Shown here: piece by piece, positions 1 through 14,200 of the stretch
How positions within the stretch are numbered: the first letter of the stretch is position 1
How the letters are laid out: every line of letters starts with the position of its first letter
Assembly: GCF_035084215.1 (NCBI RefSeq)
Contig: NC_090336.1
Span: forward strand, 23,622,001-23,686,000
DNA: 64,000 nt
Reading direction: 5' to 3'
Origin: Heptranchias perlo
Taxonomy: Eukaryota
Made by a program: the position numbers and the translations under genes
Notes under the pieces: generated by a model
Told to the model about the DNA's origin: nothing
What the model saw: only the letters and a program-made list of their open reading frames with translations
The model's database searches: none

Positions 1-66
1 TGAATAGCGGTGTTACATTTGCTACCTTCCAATCCACGGGGACCATTCTAGAATCTAGGGAATTTT
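1..66 (-). mobile_element. CR1-type LINE ORF2 fragment running off the window edge
   Basis: Minus strand reads ..DSRMVPVDWKVANVTPLF.., the same motif as the CR1 copies at 43100-43150 and 46980-47020. Confidence 0.75.
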
Positions 67-208
67 ATGATGGTGAGCCGCTACACTGGTGCAATACTCT
101 ACACCGACTGGCATATTGTGTATCCTTTCTTCACCAGTTGTACAGATTAAAAGAACAAAAGAGGTATTCTCAGGGACTGGCCTTTTACCTGTGGGATAGG
201 GTTTGAAA

Positions 209-274
209 CTCAATCTGGAAGTTGAGGTGACCTGTGAACCAGTCGTTGAAGAAGGACTGATGCACGTTACAAGT
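209..274 (-). pseudogene. fads1: fads1 exon-10-like fragment ([22 protein letters not shown]) lacking normal exon ends and the HH of the third His box
   Basis: 22 codons match vertebrate FADS exon 10 (LxATCNV...[10 protein letters not shown]). Upstream reads SELRM with no AG at the expected position; downstream reads FQTLSHR* instead of HH. Confidence 0.75.
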
Positions 275-649
275 CATCCTTAATTCCGAGTGCTGGTGGT
301 ATCCAACTTCCACTGGGGTCATTTCAATGAGACGAGCTGGATGACACAGCCCCAGGGTGGCAACGATACCAACACACTGCTTATATTGTTCTGGTGCTGT
401 TGCTGCGTGCAAGGATCCTGTGTGAAATAAATTTGGGACAGTCTCAATCCACTTTCTAGAAGGTATGACACAGCACAAAGCTGTCGCTAATTAACAATCT
501 TAGAGAGACCACAGGATGGGTGGTGTTGGAAATGAAAAAGGTCACACTGGTGCAGTAAGGGGCACTCTTCTGAGGTTGGACTGAGGCATTTTTAGGGGCA
601 AAGTAGAGGGGTTTTAACCTGCATCTAACCGTGCCGTGCCTGAGGTAAT

Positions 650-922
650 GGTGGTGGTGAGCCGCCTTCTTGCTGTAGTCATTGCGCTGGTGCTCCCACT
701 TCATGGGGCATAGACTCAACCACACAGTGTGGGACAGGGAGTCACGTGTAGGCCAGACTGGGTAGGGGTGGCAAATTTTATTTATGAAACTCCGGTAGCT
801 TTTATGGTCATTTTTCTGGTGACAGCTCACAAATTACCAAATTAAACTAAACTTCACAAATTGCCAAGGTGGGATTTGAACTCATGACGTCTGGTTGCTA
901 GTCCAGTACTCAGCCATTACAC
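650..922 (-). mobile_element. Short head+tail derivative of the tRNA-headed LINE family (see 49650-52984)
   Basis: Minus strand has the same head (..GGACTAGCAACCAGACGTCATGAGTTCAAATCCCACC..) and, at 650-672, the same 3' tail motif CAAGAAGGCGGCTCACCACCACC found near 52872. Confidence 0.6.
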
Positions 923-2129
923 TCCAGTATCCACAGGCTACAGCCTCATCCTTCAGTTCAACCCAGAGATCACCTACCCTGCTATCTAGAACAGGCCCTG
1001 ACCTGCTTTTCCTTATTTCTCTGGTTCAGTTTCCAATCTCCCATCCATACTTCCCTAGTACAGCTCAGGAGGACATTCACTAGTTACATTTCTGTCAATT
1101 ACAATATTTTGTGTGGAATATACTTGATTGACTGGTACAGACCTAAGGTATTGTAGAAACAAGCTATAGAGATCAATAAGTACAGTAAACACTGGGTAAT
1201 AACACCATCTGGTACTGTACAGCTCACATCTGTCTTAGTGTCAGCTCCTATACTGGTACAGTAGGTGGGTGAAAGGGAATGAATTAGTCCTACTTGGCTA
1301 CGAATATTAACCAGTGTGCAAGAGTCTTTAATTTGGGTTAGTTGTATCCCATTATAGCAGAGGGACTGGGACTTAAGAGCAGCTACTCATACATTCAGAA
1401 GACCAGCGAAGTACAATGGCTACACAAATGTTATGCATCTTCCGTCGAAACAGTGCACAACCTACCCCCAACTTTCTTTCGTTCCTCCGAAGCTCCAAAT
1501 ATCCCGCCCACACTCTGTCTCCTCCCTGCACCCTCAACTTCACGACTGTCCAACCTGCAGCCTTCGGGTCCCCTGCAGCTTCCAAGCTGTGACAGCCCAG
1601 CCCTCGAAGCCTAGGCAAATCGGTCCAATTTGCGGTTATGTTTCCTATTCCCCGGTTTGTCCCGTTTGAATTTTGTGCGCTGGACCTTTGGATAAGGCTG
1701 TTTTTAGAGCTCGTTGGTGGATAAATCCTAAATCAGAACACCAAGATCTGCTCGTATCAGCAACTTCAGATATATGGAAGTCAATGAGACCATGGATTTA
1801 ACTGCCCTGGAGGCTCCATGGTAAATACCTATGTGGCTCGTGAAGACAAAATCTCAGACACCCTGCCCTAGTGTATTACCTCCTACACAAACTCATTCTT
1901 TCCCCAACACCCCATGGAACTCTTCACCTTTCTCTGCCTTTCCTTCCTTCTACAATCTAAATGTTTTTAAAACACAAACTAGATTTTTCATTACCTCATC
2001 ATCTGTTTTACACTTTAGTGCGTCCGGCACTATGGGCTTTTACACAGCATGCAATGCACATGAAAAGGTTTCCTAATAGACAAGAGGCTCCCCACTTAGG
2101 CCAGTGTCCAGTGGCATTTGGGCTCTCAC

Positions 2130-2226
2130 CTGCATGGTCAGCCAGTCCTCCTTCTGATCATGGTCAATCATCATGGGAATGTGATTCATCTGGGTCACCC
2201 ACACAAACCAATTACTTTCCAAAAAC
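2130..2226 (-). CDS. fads1: fads1 exon 9 ([32 protein letters not shown])
   Basis: tgcag|G ... CAG|gtgaga; 97 nt; phase fits exon 8. Confidence 0.95.
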
Positions 2227-5200
2227 CTGCAGACAGGAACCATGGAATTAATCGGCTGAGGTGAGGAATGTGTTCCAACAAAGTATTAATATAATTTTAA
2301 AAAACACTTTAATTTGGCAGAAGTAAAACAAAAATACAGACCCCACTGGTATGGGATCCTCCCAGTGGTGCTGTCATTAAGCTCCAAATCATAGAGGCAT
2401 TTTATTGTACTATGGTGAATGGAGAGGTCTGAAAGGACTACCTGCCAAATTATCCTAGGAACAGGCATAGGCTGTTCAGCCCCTCGAGCCTGTTCTGCCG
2501 TTCAGTTAGATCATGGCTAATCTCCATTTACCTGCCTTTGCTCCACATCCTTTGATACCCTTACCTAACAAAAATCTATCAATCTCAGCCTTGAAAGCTC
2601 CAATTGTCCCAGCAGCCACAGCATTTTGGGGGAGTGAGTTCTCGATTTTCACGACATTTTGTGTGAAAAAATGCTTTCTGATTTCACTCCTGAATGGTCG
2701 AGCTGTAATTTTAAGATTATGCCCCCTTGGTCTAGATTCCTCCACCAAATAGTTTCACTATATCTGCCCTATCAAATCTCATTTTAAAAACCTCGATTAA
2801 ATTACCCCGAGATCTTTTAAACTCAAGGGAGTACAAACCAAGCTTATGTGATGTGGCCTCATAATTTAACCCTTTAAATCCTGGTATCATTCTGGTGAAT
2901 CTGCACTGTACCCCCTCCAATGCCAATATATCTTTCCTGAGGTGTGGTGCCCAGAACTGAATGCAGTACTCCAGATGGGATCTGACCAAGGCTCTATACA
3001 ATTAAAGCATCACTTCCCCACTTTTGTATTCCAGTCCCCTTGAGATAAAGGTCAACATTCCATTAGCCTTTTTGATAATTTTTTTTGTACCTGTGCACTA
3101 GTTTTTAAATGATTTTTGCACCTGGACAGCTCAATCCTTTTGCTCCTTCACAGTTCCTAGTTTCTCACCATTAAGAAAATATTCCAATTTGTCTTTCTTG
3201 GATCCAAAGTGGTGGGCCTCACACCCTCCCACATTGAACTCCATCTATCCTAGTTTTGACCACTCACTTAGTCTGTCTATGTCCCATTGAAACTTCCTGC
3301 TCCTATCTACACACCTTACTGTGCCTCCTAACTTTGTGTCATCTGAAAACTTGGATATACAACTCTCTAATCCTTCATTCAAGTCATTATTGTGAAAAGC
3401 TGAGGGCCCAGTACAGATCTCTGGGGAACACTACTTGCCACATCCTGCCAGTGGACCAACTTTTCCCAATTCAAAACGGGATTGAGCTTTTAAACGACGT
3501 GTGCGTGTGGTTTGATGGTGAAAATGCACTCGCGCATTTCGCATTCGCACCAGAATTAATTGGTGGCCAGACCCTAGACCATCCTAGCTGCTATCCACGG
3601 GTCAGTGCGTCACTGTCTCTGTAACAACCTGTTCCGAGCTTCTAGTCACCATCTCATCTGTCTTTTATATTGTGCTTAGTAGGGTCCTGGCGGGGGCCCC
3701 GATGCCCGGGTCTGGCGGGGGGCCCTGGTGCCCGGGTCTCATGTAGTGTTCCCAAACCTCCCGGAATGATCGAGAGTTTCCTTGAAATCGGGGTTTGTCC
3801 CCCGAGCGCTGCCTCCAGCAGCCCGGGAGATCCACAATTTAAATTTCCCACCTCGGTGCGCATCGTTCCCACCGTGATGTCACCGGCTGCTGTTGGAGAA
3901 GCTTCCAGCTCGGTGACGTCACCCAACCACCACGACTGGGAGCCATGACCGGCTGGTGTGAAGTCAGGAGGGGGCTGGGAGTCAGGATTTGGGAGGGCTT
4001 GGCAATTGGGGGGGAGGAAGGGGGTGCACCGCATCAGCAAGTCGGGGAGGGGGGTTCCCTCGGTTTCCCCTCCTCCCCGCCCTCGGGTGACCTCCTGAGT
4101 CATGGAATTTGTCACACAACAACTGCTGATGCAAAAACCACAGGCAAAAATACTCAACTACAGGGGACCCAACCTTCATAAGGCAAATGCAATAATGTCA
4201 GGTGTGGCCTGGTGAAACCTCTAGAAATGCCTCCAACCAGAGTTGGCAACCCTAGACTGGCGGCAGTCCCACTTAAACTGAACAGTTTGTCCTAGGTTGC
4301 CGCTGGCAGTGCCTGACCTGCCCATTGGGAACTGGCGATACCAGCTTCTCGTTAAACCCAGAGGTAAGGGACCAAGAGCGAGCAGAAATACAGGCAGCAA
4401 GACAGAAATAAATACATTAGTGTTCCTGTAACAGCATTGACTAAACATACGTACAAGTCAATGCGAGAGCCTCGGTGGGTGGAGGAAGTGTTGAATAAAG
4501 GCTTCTTCGAAACTACAGTGTTTAGCATAAAGAATAAAGATTGGATTCTCAGTGGTGGGATGCAGCAGCTGTTATAACATTACATCAGCAGCAATGATCA
4601 AGATAAGCACGTGCCATGTAGACAGTCTGACTGAATGTAAGAATAAATTGTTTATTTGTTAGACACAGTCTGTGTATGGGGGGGGTGGTGGGGGATAGAG
4701 GGGGAGAAAAAATAGACAGCAAGACACAAATAAATGGAGGTAGTGAGTGGGAAACTAAAAGATGGACAGAGAAAACAGAGAGGGAGAGAGACACGTAGAG
4801 CAAAGAGTGTAAACAGGGCTATTGGAGATGGGCCTCGCCATTCCTCGAGTCTATACAAACTCATATTAGATCAAGCAGATAAAAAACAGAGGCAGCCTGT
4901 TCCCACAAAGCCAGGACAGGCATTGGTTAATGGATGGTTAACGTACTCTAGATTCTCAGCACCAATTATTGCAGCAGACAAACAATCAAATAATGTAGTT
5001 CGTAATATGACACGGGGGGCCCCACCTCACAAGGAAGAACATGATCAGGAATCCTTGGACTCCGAGCAACGGGATGTAAGTCAGGCTGATACGGATGTAG
5101 AAAGACACCATCCAGGCCAAGTCCTGTGAAGGGCAAGAAACAAATCACTTTACAAATGAACCATTATTTTCCTTTCCAGTTTCTCTACTCCTCTCCTGAA

Positions 5201-8200
5201 GGTGTTGTCTGGCCCTAGGGTTCAGGTCCACAGGCACCGGCAGCCCTCTGGTACCTCACCCGAGCGGCCATTCTTCACACGTGAGCCTAGGCAGTGGGCG
5301 TCAGCAGGCCATTGAAGGGTTGGGGAGAGGAGTGGGAGCGGCATCACAGCTGATCCTATCCTCCCGAATCCTGTAATCCTGCAGGACCACATAAATCCCA
5401 GCTAGCTCCCACTGAAACCCAACAGTCTACTCCTTCCGCAGGAGGGTCACAGGCTAGGGGTTGAACTGTGAAAAACACCCAGCAGTACAGTTACAAATTC
5501 TGTCCTTCCAAATGTGGGTTGCGTCTGGAGAGAGCGGTTTGAGCTGCGTAACACCAGGGTGAAGTACCGCTGGTTACAGGTCTGTCGATGGTGGTGGAAA
5601 CAATTTGAATAAAGAGTATCGCACAAAAAGGAATGGGCACAATGTTGCGATGTATGGTTCACGTAAGATTATTCTTATATTGGATTCATACCAATATACT
5701 ATATAGGTCCAGTAACAGTAGTGCTAGTTAAGATGGTTGACATCTGATGAATCTTTTTCAGAGTCAGCTGTCTATCAGGAACAGCTGGGTTGTTCACCAC
5801 ACCTGTGACTAAGTGGGGGTGGACTTCCCATTGTGTTGGAGCAGACACTTGTCAGGAGCTAGCCCTGCTGTCCATGATGTGCATTGTGCGCATAAAATGA
5901 ATAATATGTACTCAGCACAGTCTGAATGAGGGAAGTCACCAAATAGGACAGGTGGTAGAGGCACCATGGATACTGCAAACATGGATCATCACTGTGACAG
6001 TGTACATGCACAAGAAGAATCTGAAAAGGCCTTTCAGCAGAAAAAACAAGTGGTGTCCCCTCCCTCCTCGGTACTATTGAACAAGGCCGATTTTTCAAAC
6101 TCTACAGCAATGGGTTTGGGCAATAATTACGGACGCACAAGCATGATTCACTGCACGTGGCATTTTGTGACACACAATCTCAGGTATAACGAGGCCACGC
6201 TACAGGCACGTGTAAGCCTCATTTAATCCTATAATTAGTAAAGTGACGTCCCACCCCAAATCCTGTGACTTTGGAATTGGCTTCGCCCACAGTGCACACG
6301 CTGCTCATAGAGAATAGGCACATCCCAACCTGGCCTGCTCAAGGTGGCCTTTTAATGGGAGATCACAGTCTGAGCTTCTGGCAAAGTGTTTCTTTTGCAT
6401 TTGCTCCAGGTATTGGTTGGTTTTGCTGGGAAGTTTATCATTTTTGCATTCTTTGTCAATATTTTTCTTCAATATTCTTCATTTCTGCAGCTGTTTAAGT
6501 AGCATCAAAGGTCGTGAAGCTAGGAATCCACTTCAGCGCCAGGCAGTGCTACATGATTTAGATGAAGAAGATGGGTTCATGAGGGGGGACAACAGACGCA
6601 GATGCAATGACACCGGAGGCGGTTTGCCTACAGCTGTACACGAGTTTATAGACCCCCTCCACGTGTACCTGGATGAGTCAGAGGAGTCTCTAGTGCCAAG
6701 TTGTGCCACTTAAGAAATATGAGCAAAATTCAGTAGCAGTTACTTGTCCCTTGCTTCTGAAAGCAGCAAACTATGAGGGACTTGGGTGACTGGACTGACT
6801 CAGTGACCTCCCTCTATGCAACTGGCACCTGTACTTTTAGTGGACGAAGGCCTGTCAGGAGCAGGAACACTGGCTGATTTTTCTCCTCCCTAACCCAGGA
6901 ATCCCGAGGAAACTGGAGCACCCTTACCGTCGTCACAGTGAGATCAGCTAACTTAGCGCAGAGCAGGGCTGGAAGCTTTGGACCTTTTGGTCCGGATGGC
7001 TCAGTACACACCAGGCAGTGCATTTAGCCACTGGGCCATGGGGAGAGCTATTACCAAATCACAAATAAAATGTTGAGAGAATTGAAGCCAGGGTTGAACT
7101 AGTATCCAGGAGGCTGCTGGGAAATACTCACCACCCACTGCTTCCGCTGCACAGCGAAGTAAAAGATGTACCACTGGAAATAGAGGGGGAGCAGTGCTGG
7201 AGGCCCAACTGTGAGAGAAAGGGAAAGAAAAGGAATTAGATTGAACCGTAGCGCAGTGTTGTAATATACTGGTATTGGCCGTCAGAAGTGATCCTACTGG
7301 TGTCGGTAACCCCACCTCCCCCATCACTCCCGCACCTCCCCCATCACCCGCACCTCCCCCATCACTCCCGCACCTCCCCCATCACTCCCGCACCTCCCCC
7401 ATCACCCCACTCCCTCATCACCCCCACCTCCCACTCCTGCACCTCCCCCATCACTCCCGCACCTCCCCCATCACTCCCGCACCTCCCCCATCACCCCACT
7501 CCCTCATCACCCCCACCTCCCACTCCTGCACCTCCCCCATCAGCCCCACCTCTCCCATCAGCCCCATCACTCCCGCACCTCCCCCATCACTCCCGCACCT
7601 CCCCCATCACCCCCACCTCCCCCATCACTCCCGCACCTCCCCCATCACTCCCGCACCTCCCCCATCACTCCCGCACCATATCCGATTTCTTCTGTCCGCC
7701 AACGCAAAGGAGGCACAATTACAAACGTTATGTCCGTCGTTTGTCACCTGATGTGCCACACTCCTGACACTCGTCATTGCACATCATTTTGCACTCATGC
7801 CAAATATCAGAAATGCCAGTCATGGTACAAATAGTGGCAGGAAAGAGGGAAAAGTCGCAGCATAGAGTGGAGCTGTGAGATTGTGTAGGCCGTGCTTGCC
7901 AATGCAAAGAGGAGCGGTGTAATTGGCACATGGTCAAAACCCCAGGTAACGCGACTGTGAATTTTGATCAAGAACAACCAGTCTGGATATCTAAAAATAT
8001 AAAGTGAGCGACAGTGGATGTCCAGACAGGCCAGCCCACTCCATTGGGTCTGAGAAAGGAGCAACCTCTGAAAACATACAAGAGGATAAAACCCAGCTCT
8101 GAAGGAGGACAGGGTTAGCCCATATGGAACCACGAGAGCTTAGGGTACTAAAAAGACGTTTATGTTGTTTAAAGAAATATTTTGGTGAATTTTATATTTA

Positions 8201-11200
8201 TCTGCTTGAGTGTTGTTAAGTGTTGGGGGGGAGGGGAAACACTTTCCATTTCAGGCACCCAGTGTTAGCATCAAACACTCAGAGGTCAGAGAAAGCACAT
8301 CTCAGTATCTGTGTAGATTCAGTGTCAATGTAGTGGATGAATCAAATCTTTCAATTTAATTGCTCCACCTCCACTGAGACCCACACACCGGGAACTTCCA
8401 TGGGGGTTCTCCCAATCTTCGGTGGAATCGACCGAGAAACAGCGTAAATGTCCGGGGCCCCTTCGAAGTACAGTTTAAAGTTTGTTTTTTAAATTTCCTC
8501 AACCTTCTGATAGGTTAGTGGCTAAATGCATTGCTGATGTATGGCAGTGGGTAACGACACTTCCTAGAGTAGGGCTAATACGTACAAACCAAGATTGCAG
8601 GTTCAATCACCAGTCTGGGATGAGTTAGCCGATTTCAGCAACAGAGGGTGCTACAATTCAACTCCGTGCACCTGGCCTAGGGAGGGGAAAATCAGACAGG
8701 TTCGAGCTCCTGCTCGGCATTCAGTGGACCCCCCCACCCCCCTCCCTTGGAAAGTGCGTACGCGCGGGATGTTGGGTAAAGACAAGATCAGGCTCAGCTG
8801 TGACGCCCTCCACAGTCAAACAGCATACTACTAGTCAATGTCTTGGCTCACACATGTGGAATGGCCTCTTAGGCGAGGTACCACAGGTCTGCTGGCACCC
8901 ATGGAACCAAAACCAAGTAATAGTCAATGCATCCAGAGAGGAGAGAAAATTGGGGGAAAAAAAATTAAATAAACTCTTGCACAAAGAATTTTATTTAATG
9001 CTAAAGATTATAAACACCACAGGTAGTAGAACCAAACTTTGAAGTGTAGACACGTGGCAGACACTGCCTATGGCTTGTAAATCTCTTGTCACATTTCTGG
9101 CTCCACGTATACTCCCTTGAAATGAATCAATTCTCAGCAAATACACGTCTGACACAGTTCACAGGGCACAGCCTGTGTGAGGGAAAGGCAGAAAATCCAC
9201 TCTCTGCACATCGGCTTAATTTACAGGGAAGTCAGGAGAGGCAGCTGGCCAATCAACGAGAGGGGAAAGGAATCTCACCACAGCAAGATATGTCAGGAGA
9301 TCTGAAATAACAGAGGCAAAGTGTCAGTCTGCCTGGGGCCGGGGAGTGGGGCCATTGAGGAGCACCACCTCTGCTGTGTGTACCTTCTGCATAAAACACC
9401 CCGCATCAAATGACATTTCTATACATGCGTGCACACGTTACATATAGCCCTCTGGCAGTCCTGGTTGTTCAGGGCTCTCGATGCTGGTTCCTTGTTTTAA
9501 TTTTTATTAAGCACTTCATTACCCACAAGGCCACAGCAGGGTCACCATCCGCCCGGTTTCAGTCGGGCGCCTCGATAATCCTGGTCACTGAAAACTGGAT
9601 GTTAAACTGTTCATTTTTATACATTTGCGCTCCCAGCATGGAGCCTCACCCTTAACATCAATGGAACGGGCGGTGTTCCTGCCTAACCACTAAAAGGGGC
9701 ACCATCCCAGCAAGTGGAATCTGGCACCATACCCGTCCAGCCTGTGGAGGGATGAGACACCTTTTCTGCTCAGCCAACAGATGAGTGAGGCATAGTTCTT
9801 GCCCAGCCGAAGGTGGGGGGGTCACCGACTGTCAAGTGGATGGTTCTCTCTACCTTCTGATCCCAGTACTTTCTCTAGGTCTTGACAGTTTGTTAATAGG
9901 TATATTAATGATGAAATTAGGGTTTATTCCTGCCTTTAACTGTTACAATTTGGGCCCTTTCCCAACTCCCATAGGAACAGGAGTAAGCCATTCACCTCCT
10001 CGAGCCTGTTCCGCCATTTAATCAGATCATGGTTGATCTGTATCTGAACTCCATTTATCCGCCTTGGTTCCGTAACCCTTAATAACCTTGCCTAACAAAA
10101 TTCTATCAATCTCAGTTTTGACATTTTTGAAAATTGACCTGGCCTCAACAGCTTTTTGGACGAACAGAGTTGCAGATTTCCTCTGCCCTTTGAATGAAGA
10201 AATGCTTTCTGACATCATCCCTGAACGGCCTAGCTCTAATTTTAAGGTAATGCCCCTTTGTTCTGGACTCCCTGTCAGAGGAAATAGTTTCTCTCTATCT
10301 ACCCTATCAAATCCTTTAATCATCTTAAAGAACCTCAATTAGATCACCCCTTAATCTTATATATTCTAGGGAATACAAGCCTAGTCCATGTAATTTGTCC
10401 TCATAATTTAATCCTTTTAGGTCCTATACCATTCTGGTAAATCTGTGCTGCACCCCCTCCAAGGCCAAGGACTGAATGGAGTGCTCCAGATGGGGTCTAA
10501 CCAGAGCTCTGTTCAGCTGTAACATAACATTGTTCCCTTTGTATTCCAGCCCCCTTAAGATAAAAGCCAACATTCCGCTAGTCTTTTTAATTATTTTTTG
10601 TACCTGTCCACTAGCTTTTGGTGATTTCTGTACTTGGACCCCATAATCTCTGCTCATCCACAGTTCCTAGCTTCTCACCATTTAGAAAATACTCTGACCT
10701 ATCTTTCATAAGTCCAAAGTTGACGACCTCACACTTTCCCACATTGAACTCTATCTGCCACAGTTTTGCCCACTCACTTGACCTATCTGCGTTCACTGTA
10801 AAATGCAGTTTCTATAGGTTGACTCACTTTCATTGTGAACTGAAACCTACGACTTAAAGCACGTTGTGAATGGGAATAGCGTGTCAGAGTTGATAATGAC
10901 CCATTTCCTGCGTTATTTCACACCAGAGGTTGCACAGCTGTGCACTGATGTCCTCTCTGAGCGGTGGAAGAACGCCACATTCTCAAACTATATAGTTCAA
11001 GCTAAAACTAGGGGACTAATTTAATGCCCACCCTGCATTCTTAATGAGTGTCCGACCCAGGTAAAAGGGTTGGGGCTGGGGTGGAAATGGAGCCGCCAGG
11101 CCTAAGTCCTGAAACAGATCCTTTCAGAAGCAGCTAACAGAGTTTCACTTTAAATTCCCATTTATCATAAAAACTCATTGAAAGTTATAATACAGAAAAT

Positions 11201-14200
11201 GTTATGACGAGAAGCAGGATAGAGCTCTGCTTCTGTCACACTCACCACTGCGTTAAGAGTGTGTGGTGGAATGCCTGTCTAATCCTTATTTCTAAATCGA
11301 CCACAGTTCACTCATCTAAATGCAATGATATGATGACAGAATTGCTGCCAGGACTTACTCAGGAAGAAGTACTTGTGTTGGTACTGGTATGGCATATACT
11401 TCTTCTTCTGCTTCCCCACCTGGGTCGGAGGGCACAAAGAAAAGGATCGCATTACCCTCACACGGACACGTGCAGACACAGACACACACAGACACAGACA
11501 CAGCAAGATTGGTTTGCCCATGGGTCAGGAAAAACAGGCCGACATGCAGCCTAATATGCGGTCCTAAAGCCACAACCAACAAGTTTTTAAATATATTCGT
11601 ACCTGAATGTGGAGCCGGGAGAAGCCTCTGCTGCTCACCGCACCCGACCAGTAACCCCCGCCCCCCCCGCACCCGACCAGTAACCCCCGCCCCCGCCCAC
11701 CGCACCCGACCAGTAACTCCCGCCCCCGCCCACCGCACCCGACCAGTAACCCCCGCCCTCCTGCCCACCGCACCCGACCAGTAACCCCCGCTCCCCTGCC
11801 CACCGCACCCGACCAGTAACCCCCGCTCCCCTGCCCACCGCACCCGACCAGTAACCCCCGCCGTCCTGCCCACCGCACCCGACCAGTAACCCCCGCCCTC
11901 CTGCCCACCGCACCCGACCAGTAACCCCCGCCCTCCTGCCCACCGCACCCGACCAATAACCCCCGCCCTCCTGCCCACCGCACCCGACCAGTAACCCCCG
12001 CCCTCCTGCCCACCGCACCCGACCAGTAACCCCCGCCCTCCTGCCCACCGCACCCGACCAGTAACCCCCGCCCTCCTGCCCACCGCACCCGACCAGTAAC
12101 CCCCGCCCTCCTGCCCACCGCACCCGACCAGTAACCCCCGCCCTCCTGCCCACCGCACCCGACCAGTAACTCCCGCCCCCGCCCACCGCACCCGACCAGT
12201 AACCCCCGCCCTCCTGCCCACCGCACCCAACCAGTAACCCCCGCTCCCCTGCCCACCGCACCCGACCAGTAACCCCCGCTCCCCTGCCCACCGCACCCGA
12301 CCAGTAACCCCCGCCCTCCTGCCCACCGCACCCAACCAGTAACCCCCGCCCTCCTGCCCACCGCACCCGACCAGTAACCCCCGCTCCCCTGCCCACCGCA
12401 CCCGACCAGTAACCCCCGCCCTCCTGCCCACCGCACCCGACCAGTAACCCCCGCTCCCCTGCCCACCGCACCCGACCAGTAACCCCCGCTCCCCTGCCCA
12501 CCGCACCCGACCAGTAACCCCCGCCCTCCTGCCCACCGCACCCGACCAGTAACCCCCGCCCTCCTGCCCACCGCACCCGACCAGTAACCCCCGCCCCCCC
12601 GCACTCGACCAGTAACCCCCGCCCTCTTGCCCACCGCACCCGACCAATAACCCCCGCCCTCTTGCCCACCGCACCCGACCAGTAACCCCCGCCCTCCTGC
12701 CCACCGCACCCGACCAGTAACCCCCGCCCCCCCGTCCCACCGCTCCCGAACAAAGCCCCACCTCCCCCCCCCCCCCCACCCAGAGGGCCACCACTCCCGA
12801 CCACCACTCCCAACCACCCCGACCACCCCCCCCGGTCACCATTGCCCCCAGCCACTGTTTCCACCCCCCACCCCTAAATCAGGCCGTCACTCCCGACCAT
12901 CCCCCCCACCATCCACTGAGCCACCGTTCCCCACCACCACCACCACCGTTCCCCTCTACCCCCACCCAGGCCACCGCTCCCCACTCCCACCCTCACCTGG
13001 GCTTTTATCTTCCCCTGGCCACCACTGTCTTCCCCCCACCCCCTCAGGCATTTATCCGCTCCCAGCCACCACTCACAACCCCCCCACTCCAGGCATTCAC
13101 CCTACCCCAGCCATCAATTCCCCCCCACCGGCCAACACTCCTTCCCCGATGTTCACCGCATTCTGTTCAAAAAACCTAGGATCCCATAGGTTTTTTTTAC
13201 AGCTTCACCAACTTATCCTCATACCACGCCTGCCTGTACCCTATCTACCCCATCAGTTTCTAAAAGTCCTGGCGGTGAAGACATCACAGGGTTGAGGAGC
13301 TGGCTGTGTATCTGTGCATTACTTGCCTCAACTGACAGTTTCTTTCCCAGGACGAAGAAGATGGGGTGCATGTTAATGTCGGGGTCCTTGAGGAAGCAGT
13401 TGGGTTTGGCATGATGCTGGAAGTGGAGGTGGTTCCACCAGCTGGCAGGGGCACCCTTTACCAGAAAGAAAAAGAGAAACCATTAGGTCGGTGTGCGAGG
13501 GTCAAAGCCTAAAATCCCCCCAAACCTCAAACACAGTCAGCACAGCTATCAACCACACAACCTGAACTCACACAGGCACTAATACATTCCAGATTTTTTT
13601 TTCTCTTGTGTTATGTCCAAAGCACACATTTTAACATCACTGCCCTGGGAGTCAGTATATCTCTGCATTGATTATGAAAAAGGAACGACCATTTTAAATC
13701 TTGCTGAGGTACGATCCCACAGGCATCAACTGCCCTCCAGTACCTTTCCCAAGAGACCATTCCTGATATGTGAGCCTGGGAAGCGAGTGTCAGCAGACTA
13801 TTTGACTCCAAGGGGCATCGCAGCCAAAACCCAATCCTGTCCTCATTGGATATCCAGACAAGCACACTCTCCAGCAGGTGTTTCGGATCGACACAAGGGG
13901 CAATGCAATTGGCGTCAGTGCCTCTGGACCAGAACAATCTTTCCGTTCCCTAGTCTAGAGACACTAAGGCCAATTTGCAGTGCTCCTACTGTTGCCTCAG
14001 GTGAGATCAGCTGATCTGCACATACCAGGGAACATACTTGGTCTCAGCCTCAAGAGGAGCCCAATAAAGGCAATTTAATGAGATGATGCACATTAAAGTT
14101 GTCACAGTATTTAAGTCCCATGGGTTAGCCTACAGGGGGTCAGTGTACAGTACAGGAAAAACTACAGGAGTTGGCATTGGGTCAGTGTACAGTAAAGGGA

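Noticed and set aside
3654-4260. CpG-rich stretch with overlapping ORFs (167 aa and others) in fads1 intron 8
   Set aside because: No recognisable protein motif or splice support. It is probably a non-autonomous DNA-transposon remnant (GTTGGCAACCCTA end near 4245), but I could not find the matching TIR.
11355-12864. Three 400-500 aa Gly/Arg-rich ORFs on the minus strand
   Set aside because: They are translations of a stop-free 35-bp minisatellite in all three frames inside fads1 intron 5.
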